From the IMG/VR virus record IMGVR_UViG_3300032277_002183, positions 147-64,146 of that record: 64,000 nt of DNA, one strand, 5' to 3'. The notes beneath the pieces were generated by a model. It saw only the letters and a program-made list of their open reading frames with translations, was not told the origin of the DNA and searched no databases. The position numbers and the translations under genes are program-made. Of the stretch, positions 1-8,661 are shown piece after piece. Each line of letters opens with the position of its first letter. Within the stretch, counting starts at the first letter, position 1. Source of the DNA: a virus (Duplodnaviria > Caudoviricetes).

Positions 1-804
1 CAGTTCATCTCGGTGGGAGGAGGAAGTATGGGTGCAGGTTTTCTGGGAGCTAAATACAATCCGTTCATGGTAAATAGCGATGGTAGAATTAGAAATCTAA
101 ACATGAAAATAGACGAGAGATTTTACCAAAGAGCTTACGCTTTAGATGCTATTGAAAATAACTTTATAAACCAGAGAAGAGGGTCATTAGCAAAAGAACA
201 TCAGGCGATCCTTAAAGAGACATTTAATGTTCTAACAAGCTCCCAAATGGATGCACTTAAAGTGGCTAGTGAGCCTGACAATATAAAAGAAAGATATGGA
301 AACAATAACTTTGGAAAGGGGTGCTTGATGGCACGACGTTTAGTCGAAGCAGGAGTACCATTCATTGAAGTTAATCTAGGTGGTTGGGATAATCATCAGA
401 ACATTTTCCCTACGTTAAGAGACACGAAACTGCCCATGTTAGATCAAGGCATGAGCGCGCTGTATGAAGACTTAGAGCAGCGTGGGTTATTACAAGACAC
501 AGCGATTATTTGGATGGGTGAGTTCAGTAGGACTCCTCGTATCAATGGTAATGCTGGCCGTGACCATTGGGCACGAAGCTGGAGCGTTGTTGTTGGTGGA
601 GCTGGAATGAATGGTGGCATAGCCATTGGCGAAACAAACTCAGATGGTACTCGTGTGGAAACTGAACCATATACATCTCAGGATGTTATGGCTTCCGTAT
701 GCAAAGCACTTGGTATCTCTTTGGGTACTACGTTTACTAGCAACAGTGGTAGACCTATGAAGATCGCTAACTCCGGTAAGGTTATAACCGAACTGTTTAG
801 TTAA
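1..804 (+). CDS. DUF1501 family protein (C-terminal part; 5' end lies outside the window)
   Basis: Frame is open from base 1 (QFISVGGGS...). Motifs GCLMARRLVEAGVPFIEV, GGWDNH, GEFSRTPRIN and GRDHW are typical of DUF1501 proteins. Confidence 0.85.
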   Translation, partial: QFISVGGGSMGAGFLGAKYNPFMVNSDGRIRNLNMKIDERFYQRAYALDAIENNFINQRRGSLAKEHQAILKETFNVLTSSQMDALKVASEPDNIKERYGNNNFGKGCLMARRLVEAGVPFIEVNLGGWDNHQNIFPTLRDTKLPMLDQGMSALYEDLEQRGLLQDTAIIWMGEFSRTPRINGNAGRDHWARSWSVVVGGAGMNGGIAIGETNSDGTRVETEPYTSQDVMASVCKALGISLGTTFTSNSGRPMKIANSGKVITELFS

Positions 805-808
805 TATA

Positions 809-1105
809 ATGAAATTCTACAAGAACGCAGTTTACGTGCTTTTTTCTCTATCTTTGTTGAATTTAGCGGGCTCTTTCTATATGTATAGACATATAATGAA
901 TAGGAGCAATATAATAGAGGTTAAGGTTCCTATAGAAGAAGACCTGAGAGAATTACCTTTACACGCGAGACTCAGAGATTCACAGATAATGCAAGCAATA
1001 CTTATGACTCACCACCAATTAGGCATACACAAACCCGGCTCACAGCCGATGTGTCCAATGTGTCAAGATTCAGAAATTAAAACTATAACAGTAGAGAGCA
1101 ATTAA
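809..1105 (+). CDS. hypothetical membrane-anchored protein with HH-x-H/CxxC motif
   Basis: N-terminal hydrophobic helix, C-terminal THHQLGIH...CPMC; stop overlaps the phoH start (TAATG). Confidence 0.7.
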   Translation: MKFYKNAVYVLFSLSLLNLAGSFYMYRHIMNRSNIIEVKVPIEEDLRELPLHARLRDSQIMQAILMTHHQLGIHKPGSQPMCPMCQDSEIKTITVESN

Positions 1106-1803
1106 TGGCAAGACAAGCAAAAAAACCAAAAACAACAAGACAAAGAAGAAAGATACTACGGCCTAAAACACGCAACCAAGAAACATACATGCAGAGTATA
1201 AACAAGTCTGATGTCACTTTTTGTTCTGGGCCTGCTGGATCTGGTAAAACAAGTGTTTCTGTAGGAATGGCTTGTGAATATTTAATTGAAAAGAAAGTAG
1301 ACAAGATTATTATTACAAGACCGGTGGTTGAATCTGGCAGGGGTTTGGGACATCTTCCGGGAACTCTGGTTGAAAAAATAAATCCATACCTAATACCTAT
1401 ATTAGAAGAGATGAATCATTATCTCACTAGAAATACCGTTGAGACTTACAGAAATAGAAATATTATTGAGTTATGTCCTTTAGAATATATGAGAGGGCGA
1501 AACTTTCATAATTGTTTTATGATCTTAGACGAAGCGCAAAACGCTACGTTTGAACAAATCAAAATGTTTATTACTAGAATTGGAAAGGATTCCAAAGCTG
1601 TGATAAATGGAGACCTAAGACAGTCCGACTTAGGCAAACATCAAGGCGGTCTTAAGACATGCATGGATAAACTCGTTGAGGTTTCTGGTGTTGGTGTTTG
1701 TAAATTGGATTATAGCGATATTGTGCGTAGCGGTATTGTGTCCAAAATTCTAATGACACTAAACAAAGAAGAAGATGAAAATGAACCAGTCAAATATTTT
1801 TAG
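1105..1803 (+). CDS. phoH: PhoH-like ATPase
   Basis: GPAGSGKT Walker A, IIITRPVVE, LGHLPG, YMRGR, ILDEAQN, GDLRQSD, DIVRS. Confidence 0.95.
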   Translation: MARQAKKPKTTRQRRKILRPKTRNQETYMQSINKSDVTFCSGPAGSGKTSVSVGMACEYLIEKKVDKIIITRPVVESGRGLGHLPGTLVEKINPYLIPILEEMNHYLTRNTVETYRNRNIIELCPLEYMRGRNFHNCFMILDEAQNATFEQIKMFITRIGKDSKAVINGDLRQSDLGKHQGGLKTCMDKLVEVSGVGVCKLDYSDIVRSGIVSKILMTLNKEEDENEPVKYF

Positions 1804-2098
1804 AGGGATCTTTTTGGCGGCTATTTTAATAATAGGTGTTAGATCTGAGTACAATAATGCACAAATAAACCAAAGACTTAGCATCTTAGAAGAAGGAATT
1901 TATCAGGGGCATACGATACAAACTGATACAGCTATGAAGTTTGAAACATTCTTACAGGCTCTTTCTGACGAGCTACCTGTAGAGGTAGAAGCGTATGCGA
2001 CAGAAGCCGCAACAAAAGTAGCTAGAGAAGTTACAATAAGCACTCTCCAAGAATTTGCTGAAAATTTCCAAAAAGTGGATGTCAAACTTGATAAGTAG
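1775..2098 (+). CDS. hypothetical protein with N-terminal TM/signal segment
   Basis: Hydrophobic N-terminus IFRGIFLAAILIIGV; overlaps the phoH end. Confidence 0.6.
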   Translation: MKMNQSNIFRGIFLAAILIIGVRSEYNNAQINQRLSILEEGIYQGHTIQTDTAMKFETFLQALSDELPVEVEAYATEAATKVAREVTISTLQEFAENFQKVDVKLDK

Positions 2099-2135
2099 AT
2101 CTATAATATTGATAGACTATTTATAGGAGTTTTAA

Positions 2136-2477
2136 ATGCCAACTTACGATTACGAGTGCAGCGAGTGCGGGTACTACAAAGAAGTTTTTCAAAAGTTTTC
2201 CGAGAAACCTCTTGTTAGGTGTCCAGAATGCAAGAAGCACAAGTTTAGAAGAGTTATCTTAAATGCTCCCCACATCTCAGTAAAAGGGGAGCCTACCACT
2301 ATTAAACATCTAGCCGACAGAAATACCCAAAAATTAGGTAATTATGAACTGCAAGACAAGATGCAAGCTGACAACATGGACAAGGTCAAAAAAGACCGAG
2401 AAGTCAATCAACGAAGAAACAAAATAAATAAGATGTCAACTGCACAAAAAATGAAGTTTATAGAAAAGGGCGAGTGA
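2136..2477 (+). CDS. FmdB-family zinc-ribbon protein
   Basis: MPTYDYECSECG...CPEC...RRVI pattern; AGGAG RBS upstream. Confidence 0.85.
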   Translation: MPTYDYECSECGYYKEVFQKFSEKPLVRCPECKKHKFRRVILNAPHISVKGEPTTIKHLADRNTQKLGNYELQDKMQADNMDKVKKDREVNQRRNKINKMSTAQKMKFIEKGE

Positions 2478-2695
2478 TGACTGATAGAGCTAATTTACCG
2501 CACAAAGCAATTATTCATATCGGAATAGCAGTTCACGAAGTTTTGAAAAATGGTGATCTAGATCCAATCCCAGCAAGCGAGGAAGAGCTTTCTAGATATG
2601 ATCTTGGAAGACACGCTAAGATGTGTATTAATGGCTTTGACAGGGCCGACTGTATTAAAAAAATTAAAGAGCTACTGGAGAAATTAGATGGCTAG
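2474..2695 (+). CDS. hypothetical protein
   Basis: Overlapping start/stop coupling with both neighbours. Confidence 0.65.
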   Translation: MMTDRANLPHKAIIHIGIAVHEVLKNGDLDPIPASEEELSRYDLGRHAKMCINGFDRADCIKKIKELLEKLDG

Positions 2696-3020
2696 AGGAG
2701 AAAGAGAAGACATCTCACATTTAAACTTGCCTAAAGTTCCCGAAAAAGTAACTACATTTATCGGAGCCAAAGGAAGTGAAGTTAAAGAGCGAGATGCCTT
2801 CGTCAAGATTGTAGAAAATGGTGAATTCAACACCTACTATATTAAATATGGTCGAGGCGATTTGTTTGATCCTTATGGAGCAGACAAGAATATGCACAAT
2901 AGACCATACTTTGACTTTAGAAAAGTTAAAGAAGACGTGTATGCTTACTATTTAGAATATTTAACAAAGAGAGATAGAATCTTTTTGACTCGCGCAAGAA
3001 GATCTTTAATGGAGGATTAA
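2688..3020 (+). CDS. hypothetical phage protein
   Basis: GGAG RBS, coupled ORF, 110 aa. Confidence 0.7.
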   Translation: MARGEREDISHLNLPKVPEKVTTFIGAKGSEVKERDAFVKIVENGEFNTYYIKYGRGDLFDPYGADKNMHNRPYFDFRKVKEDVYAYYLEYLTKRDRIFLTRARRSLMED

Positions 3021-3021
3021 A

Positions 3022-3420
3022 ATGACTAAAAAGGGCCCGCTTTCTAAAAGCGAAAAACAGTATATCGAGGACAATCAAGGATTAGCTGCTGATGAAATCG
3101 CAGAAGAGCTTGACAGATCCGAAAAGTCTGTTAGTAAACATCTAGCAAAGCTAGCTGAGCAACAGGCACTGGATGACTCTGACAAAAAAGAGCCAGCAGT
3201 TTCCGCTGCTATTACAGGTACAAAGAAAGATGATAGTGATGAAGAACCAGCACTTCCAAAGGCTGGCGAGCTCATGGCAAGAAATGACCGCTACGGCGCT
3301 GTAACAATGACAGAACAAGCATCGGCAGCTGGAGACATCAGTAAGCCAGACAGGTTGGCAGAAAAAGTTAACATAGCACCTCGACACAGAGGTTCGATCC
3401 ACAAAATTAAAGGAGACTGA
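3022..3420 (+). CDS. hypothetical protein, possible N-terminal HTH
   Basis: GGAGG RBS; LAADEIAEELDRSEKSVSKHL resembles a helix-turn-helix. Confidence 0.65.
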   Translation: MTKKGPLSKSEKQYIEDNQGLAADEIAEELDRSEKSVSKHLAKLAEQQALDDSDKKEPAVSAAITGTKKDDSDEEPALPKAGELMARNDRYGAVTMTEQASAAGDISKPDRLAEKVNIAPRHRGSIHKIKGD

Positions 3421-3421
3421 T

Positions 3422-3928
3422 ATGATTTGTACTGTTCGAGATGAGCATATCCGTAAGCTAATTATGGAAGACATTTCTATGACTTGGAAATGTACATTGG
3501 ATGATGGTACTATCGTATGGGGCGACTATGAGCGTCCGGGAGTACAGGAAAGTCCGTGGCTTAGATTACAAAGGTTTTGTGAAGAAAACGGTAGGTGTGT
3601 TGCAAAGGCGCAAGTAATTGTAATAGGCGCACCTGAAGAAGTTGTTTTTGAGAACGAGAATGGCCTTGATGGTTTTTTCATTGCTAGAGGTTTCTCAAAA
3701 GATATTGATATGGTGACTGGAGACGGCCCGTCTTACCAGCACATGACATTTGGTTTATTAAATGATAATCTTGAGGTAGAAGTAAAGAAATATAGTTGGC
3801 CAGAGTGCGAATTTATGGAATTTACTCAGAAAAGAATGATGACTCAGGAAAATCTTTCTTGGATGATTTGGAAAAATGACGAAACAAAGAAGCAAAACGA
3901 GCAGGTTCAAGTCACCCTCAACGGGTGA
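3422..3928 (+). CDS. hypothetical phage protein
   Basis: AGGAG RBS, 168-aa ORF in the operon. Confidence 0.7.
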   Translation: MICTVRDEHIRKLIMEDISMTWKCTLDDGTIVWGDYERPGVQESPWLRLQRFCEENGRCVAKAQVIVIGAPEEVVFENENGLDGFFIARGFSKDIDMVTGDGPSYQHMTFGLLNDNLEVEVKKYSWPECEFMEFTQKRMMTQENLSWMIWKNDETKKQNEQVQVTLNG

Positions 3929-4331
3929 TTATTGCACCATAGGCCAATACATCGCTGAAATATTGGTTCAACGTAAGGCAGAGAGAGAAAATGAAGGCTC
4001 TTTGTCTTATAAGTTCTGGAATAAAACTCGCAAGAAACAGTATCAGCGTCAAGTTCAAGAGGTCTATAAAATGATTTCTGAATTTGGCGAGGATGCTGTC
4101 TATGACTACATCATAAATAAAAATAAGCGAGTATACTCTGCACTTCCTAAGTGGGTAAAAGATGAGGTTAAAAATCATAAAAAGCTTTTAGACTCAAGGC
4201 CAAAACCTAAGCAGCGTGATATTATTGAAGTAGAAGAAGATAACATAAATGTAAAACCTATGAAGAGCTTTGGCAACAAATCTCTTTTTTCTAAATTGAG
4301 GAACTCAAATGGCAAAGACAAAAAAGACTGA
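3876..4331 (+). CDS. hypothetical basic protein
   Basis: Lys/Arg-rich 151-aa ORF overlapping both neighbours. Confidence 0.65.
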   Translation: MTKQRSKTSRFKSPSTGDYCTIGQYIAEILVQRKAERENEGSLSYKFWNKTRKKQYQRQVQEVYKMISEFGEDAVYDYIINKNKRVYSALPKWVKDEVKNHKKLLDSRPKPKQRDIIEVEEDNINVKPMKSFGNKSLFSKLRNSNGKDKKD

Positions 4332-5373
4332 TCCGGCGTTTGTAAAAGAGATCATAAAGAAATACGGTAATGTAATTTCGACTGGTAACCAAGTCCTAGA
4401 GCGCAGAAAAGATTATAAGGTTGTCACTGTCAGTCCCGCTATTGACTTAGCATTAGGTGGAGGGATTAAAGAAGGCTCTTGGGTAATACTAACTGGAGAT
4501 CCTAAGTGTGGCAAGACAACAACAGCATTACAAATCGCCGCTAACTGCCAGAAAGAAGGCCGTCCAATCATCTATCTTGACGCTGAAGGTAGACTGAAAG
4601 AAATGAATCTACTTGGTGTGGATGGCTTAGACAAAGAGAAAATGCAAATCATTCATTCTGAAGATGAACCTTTGAGTGCAGAAACCTTTTTAGATATTGC
4701 TGTTAAATTGGTTAGTGCAAAAGAAAATGAGGGTTGTGTTTGCATCATCGACTCAACATCTGCTCTCATGCCAGCAAAAGAATTAGATGGGGATATGACT
4801 CCCGGACGAGCAGGACTACCAAAAGTTTTATCTGTTTTCTGCAAAAAGATGGGTCAGATTGTACCAAATCAAAAAGCAACTCTGATTATCATCACACACT
4901 TTATTGCTAATACTTCAGGCTACGGAGCATCAAGAATGCCAGACTGCGGTAGAAAAATTCAATACCAAGCCGACACAAGAATGGAAGTAAAATCTATCAC
5001 CCCTTGGGTTCAAAGCGATCGTCAGGTTGGCCAAGCCGTGAACTGGAAAGTTGTTTGTTCATCTATGGGATCGCCCGGAACAGAATGTCAAAGTTGGATC
5101 AAATATGGTCACGGTGTAGATAAAATTCAAGAGCTTATTATGCTTGGATTGGATTTAGGTCTTATCGGTAAAGCTGGAGCTTGGTTCACATGCGAATTTA
5201 TGGTCGCCTTTACAGATGTCGTAAAGAAGATAAAGCCAGAAACAAATATAGAAGACACTGAGGCGGTTTTGAAAGCGGTTAAATTTCAAGGCCAAGAGAG
5301 ACTGTATAATTTTCTACTAGCCAATGAAGAAGTGTTTAATATATTAGAAAAAGAAATCAAGGGAATGCTTTAA
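4309..5373 (+). CDS. RecA/UvsX-like recombinase
   Basis: SPAIDLALGGGI, Walker A GDPKCGKTT, YLDAE, IIDSTSAL Walker B, GRKIQYQADTRMEV. Confidence 0.9.
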   Translation: MAKTKKTDPAFVKEIIKKYGNVISTGNQVLERRKDYKVVTVSPAIDLALGGGIKEGSWVILTGDPKCGKTTTALQIAANCQKEGRPIIYLDAEGRLKEMNLLGVDGLDKEKMQIIHSEDEPLSAETFLDIAVKLVSAKENEGCVCIIDSTSALMPAKELDGDMTPGRAGLPKVLSVFCKKMGQIVPNQKATLIIITHFIANTSGYGASRMPDCGRKIQYQADTRMEVKSITPWVQSDRQVGQAVNWKVVCSSMGSPGTECQSWIKYGHGVDKIQELIMLGLDLGLIGKAGAWFTCEFMVAFTDVVKKIKPETNIEDTEAVLKAVKFQGQERLYNFLLANEEVFNILEKEIKGML

Positions 5374-6326
5374 TGCACACCCATTGTTACAATCAACATA
5401 GCTGGTCACACAAGAGTAAAGATCCAATTTTTTTTGATGAGGAAAATCAGGCTCTAATGTGTGACTTTGGCCCAAACAAATGTATGGCAGGATTTAAATC
5501 TTCAGGTGTTTCTTTAGATACTATAAAAGGATGTTGTGAAAAATATAAAATAGATTTTTCTAGTATTCCAAAAGATAATATAATCATAGTTGCAGAAGAC
5601 CTCGGTTTTTTAAACAGTAAGAATCATGGAGAATATCTTGGGTTGCGGCAAAGGCCATTTTCCCACTCTGACATAGATTCCATATTGTCGGAGTTCAAAA
5701 ACATCTTTACCCCGAACCTAAAAAATAAAATACACGATTCTGTATACCCGCTACCAATGGGGATAAAACTTGGTGACTCTGAGTATTTGGAATCACTTGA
5801 GTCAGTTCAACGTTTTATGCCTAGACACAGAAAAAAAATATGCTATGCAAATTTTTCCATGACTTCGCCGTATAGAATAAAAGTTGCAGAATGGGCCTTT
5901 AGACAGAGACATATAGATGCTCATATATATAAGAGATATGACAGGCATGGAGACGATCTTCGGATGAAAGAAGAAATATTTTCCAAGAAAGGAAAACTGC
6001 CAGATACAGAATACTTTAAGGAGTTAAGCTCTTATAAATTTTGTATATGCCCAGAGGGTAACGGTATAGACACATTTAGAATGTGGGAATGTATATTAAC
6101 AAACACTATTCCTATTGCTCAAAATAACTATGGAAACAGAATTTTTTCTAAAATATGGCCAATGATCCTAGTGGACAGGTACGAAACAGATGATATACCG
6201 AACAGAATGCTAAAATTTTTACTTGACTTCCCAGACCACCAATATGATTCCGCATGGATATATTTACGTGATACTGGCTTTAGCTCGATGATTGAAAGGA
6301 TAAAAAATGAATGTGTCTGGTCTTGA
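5373..6326 (+). CDS. exostosin-like (GT47-like) glycosyltransferase
   Basis: YKFCICPEGNGIDTFRMWECILTNTIPI, the same motif as in 30036-30827. Confidence 0.7.
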   Translation: MHTHCYNQHSWSHKSKDPIFFDEENQALMCDFGPNKCMAGFKSSGVSLDTIKGCCEKYKIDFSSIPKDNIIIVAEDLGFLNSKNHGEYLGLRQRPFSHSDIDSILSEFKNIFTPNLKNKIHDSVYPLPMGIKLGDSEYLESLESVQRFMPRHRKKICYANFSMTSPYRIKVAEWAFRQRHIDAHIYKRYDRHGDDLRMKEEIFSKKGKLPDTEYFKELSSYKFCICPEGNGIDTFRMWECILTNTIPIAQNNYGNRIFSKIWPMILVDRYETDDIPNRMLKFLLDFPDHQYDSAWIYLRDTGFSSMIERIKNECVWS

Positions 6327-6720
6327 TGGTAAAATTTGGAAATGGAACCCCTCTAGAAGTCAAGCTTCAGTAAGTGAAAAAAACAGGTCTTCTTTACATA
6401 AAAAAGCTAGATTACTGTTGAAAGAGATATTTCCATATGATAGAATATTAGAAGAGGTTACACTTCCCGGAACCAAGACGGGTTCTAGGAGATCTCTATT
6501 GTACGCAGACCTTTATGTCCCAAATAGAAGTCTAATTGTAGAAGTGCATGGAGAACAGCACTTTAAATTCAATTCATTTTTTCATAAAGATAAGATGGCG
6601 TTTTTCAAGGCCCAAGCTAGAGACAAAGATAAAAGAGCTTGGTGCGACTTAAATGATATGACGCTCATTGAGTTAAATTATAATGAGTCTGAGGATGAAT
6701 GGAGAACTAAATTTGACTAA
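6307..6720 (+). CDS. Vsr/DUF559-like endonuclease
   Basis: LYADLYVPNRSLIVEVHGEQH...RDKDK; no DNA-binding N-terminal extension. Confidence 0.7.
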   Translation: MNVSGLDGKIWKWNPSRSQASVSEKNRSSLHKKARLLLKEIFPYDRILEEVTLPGTKTGSRRSLLYADLYVPNRSLIVEVHGEQHFKFNSFFHKDKMAFFKAQARDKDKRAWCDLNDMTLIELNYNESEDEWRTKFD

Positions 6721-7180
6721 CGAACAAAAGGTAACAGAATTCCTTTCAAAGGTAGATGACTGGATTGAAGACAGAAATGCAGATCTGTCTAAACAGAATG
6801 AAGAGGTGGAGTCTATAATGGCGCTAACCTCAGAACAAGTTAGATCTTTAGGGCAGGAGAAGTGCTTATCCTACTCCTTTATTCTTTTTGCTCATGCAGA
6901 ATACCTGCAAGGTGTCTATAATAAAGAGAAGACTGTTGTTGAATTTTGTGACGATAGTATTTGGTTTATGATTGGAGATAAGCTACATAACTACGGCGGC
7001 CAATATTCAAAATGGCAAGAAAGATATTATTCTGCGGTGAAAGAAAACCCAATGGCGACAGAATTAAATAGATTAAAAATTATGTCACAAGCCAGACTGA
7101 ATAGATTGACTGGAAAAGTCGATAACATTAAAAGGATGGCGACATTGTTACAAGACTTAGGCAAGAGAAGAGGTTACTAA
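6695..7180 (+). CDS. helical protein, possible UvsY-like recombination mediator
   Basis: ~160-aa all-helical ORF near the recombinase. The UvsY role is inferred from size and context only. An alternative TTG start at 6713 follows a GGAG. Confidence 0.4.
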   Translation: MNGELNLTNEQKVTEFLSKVDDWIEDRNADLSKQNEEVESIMALTSEQVRSLGQEKCLSYSFILFAHAEYLQGVYNKEKTVVEFCDDSIWFMIGDKLHNYGGQYSKWQERYYSAVKENPMATELNRLKIMSQARLNRLTGKVDNIKRMATLLQDLGKRRGY

Positions 7181-7623
7181 TGTCGATAATTGACACAGCA
7201 AAAGAGCTACTTAGAAAAGGTATCGCTCTTAATGACGAAGATTTAATAAACATGGCAAACTCTCTATTAGAGGTGGATGTTGAAACCCAAGCGCCTGCTC
7301 AACCTGAAGAAAAACAGGTCGTGGAAAAGGAAAAGACACCACCTCAGAGAGTCGTTGCCGATGACTTTGCAGTAAATAGAGAGTCTCTTGAAAATTCTAG
7401 AACTCCCGTAAGTGATATAAGGGCAAGAGAGAACCAGTTTGTTGACGATAGGACTGAACATATGGATATAGAAACTCCTGAGTTCACTCCAACCGAAAGA
7501 AGAAATCCTAGCAAGTTATTTCCCCAGAAGTGTCAACAGTGCAATGAAACTTTCAAAGTGCATGAGTCCCACAGAAGAGAATGGTTCGTATGTGATGCCT
7601 GTTTGGTTGGGAGGAGAAGATAA
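7180..7623 (+). CDS. hypothetical protein with C-terminal zinc ribbon
   Basis: CQQC...CDAC near the C-terminus. Confidence 0.65.
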   Translation: MSIIDTAKELLRKGIALNDEDLINMANSLLEVDVETQAPAQPEEKQVVEKEKTPPQRVVADDFAVNRESLENSRTPVSDIRARENQFVDDRTEHMDIETPEFTPTERRNPSKLFPQKCQQCNETFKVHESHRREWFVCDACLVGRRR

Positions 7624-8045
7624 TGATAAAAGTCAAGTTGCTTAGCGAAGAAGCTACTGTACCGACTAAGGCTCATAAGTCTGATGCTGGTTGGGACTTA
7701 TATGCTTCCAATACATCACAGCCAGTTTATCCACATAAAAGAAGATTAATCTCTACAGATATATCTATAGCGATTCCTGACGGTTACTGTGGTCTTATTT
7801 GGCCAAGATCTGGCTTGTCAGTTAAAAAGGGAATTGATGTTCTTGCTGGTGTAATCGACTCTGGGTACAGAGGTGAAATAAAAGTCTGTTTACTTAACAC
7901 ATCTGATACGCTGGCACACATTCATCCGGGCGATAGGATCGCTCAATTAATCATACAAAAAGTTGAAGATATTGAATTTTTAGAGGTCGATAAACTTGAC
8001 GATAGTGATCGTGGAGATGGCGGCTTCGGAAGTAGCGGGAGATAA
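7623..8045 (+). CDS. dut: trimeric dUTPase
   Basis: DAGWDL, RSGLS, GVIDSGYRGEI, GDRIAQL, RGDGGFGSSG (motifs I-V). Confidence 0.97.
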   Translation: MIKVKLLSEEATVPTKAHKSDAGWDLYASNTSQPVYPHKRRLISTDISIAIPDGYCGLIWPRSGLSVKKGIDVLAGVIDSGYRGEIKVCLLNTSDTLAHIHPGDRIAQLIIQKVEDIEFLEVDKLDDSDRGDGGFGSSGR

Positions 8046-8047
8046 AT

Positions 8048-8395
8048 ATGCCTTTTAATAGGTTGCAACAAATTATTGCCGAAAGAAAAGCGGCAGCGAA
8101 TAAAGAAGAAGTTATTGAAGATGCCTCGACTCCACAAGAGGATAGGACTAGAGGAGAAACTAGACGAGAAGCAAAGGAAGATCGCAAAGAGGATCGAAAA
8201 GAAAAAGTTGAACAGAAGCGAAACTACCGATTAGAGAAGATCAATGCAGTAAAAGAGAAGATTTATGCTGTCGCATCTAAGAGAAAGTGGTTGTTTTTTA
8301 TTATAGTTGGTGCTATAGTAGCATACCTAGTTATCTTCAAAGGTGGTTTTGGAGGTGGTGATATTCTAACTAAGATCAAAGGATTTTTTGGATAA
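8048..8395 (+). CDS. membrane protein with charged N-terminal domain
   Basis: E/K/R-rich region, then TM helix WLFFIIVGAIVAYLVIF and an amphipathic tail. Confidence 0.7.
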   Translation: MPFNRLQQIIAERKAAANKEEVIEDASTPQEDRTRGETRREAKEDRKEDRKEKVEQKRNYRLEKINAVKEKIYAVASKRKWLFFIIVGAIVAYLVIFKGGFGGGDILTKIKGFFG

Positions 8396-8493
8396 TGAAA
8401 AAGACATTAACTTTAGAATGGAAAGATTTTCTACTTGGTGTATTTTTAAGCGCTACCATTTGTATGGGGTTCTATATCTTTAGAGGAATGTAA
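8395..8493 (+). CDS. small membrane peptide (32 aa; below the ORF-track cutoff)
   Basis: TAATG overlap with the upstream gene; MKKTLTLEWKDFLLGVFLSATICMGFYIFRGM; its stop directly abuts the next ATG. Confidence 0.6.
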   Translation: MKKTLTLEWKDFLLGVFLSATICMGFYIFRGM

Positions 8494-8661
8494 ATGAATT
8501 TAGGCATAACAGCTATCGCTGTTTCCGCTGCAATGTATGTAATTGTATGCGGATCATGTATAAAGCAAAAAGATTACCCACATGCACTCATGTGGTTTTC
8601 TTATGCTATGGCCAATATGGGGTTATTATGGTACGAATTAAACAAAATGAAAATAAATTAG
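8494..8661 (+). CDS. small two-TM membrane protein (55 aa; below the ORF-track cutoff)
   Basis: MNLGITAIAVSAAMYVIVCGSCIKQKDYPHALMWFSYAMANMGLLWYELNKMKIN; starts right after the previous stop. Confidence 0.65.
   Translation: MNLGITAIAVSAAMYVIVCGSCIKQKDYPHALMWFSYAMANMGLLWYELNKMKIN

Noticed and set aside
2099-2135. Possible sigma-70 promoter (TATAAT at 2102)
   Set aside because: No -35 element at proper spacing (TTGATA is only 8 nt away); a lone TATAAT is weak evidence in AT-rich DNA.
8547-8627. Track-predicted N-terminal extension of DnaB
   Set aside because: It overlaps a better-supported, coupled 55-aa membrane ORF in another frame; DnaB-like sequence begins after 8628.
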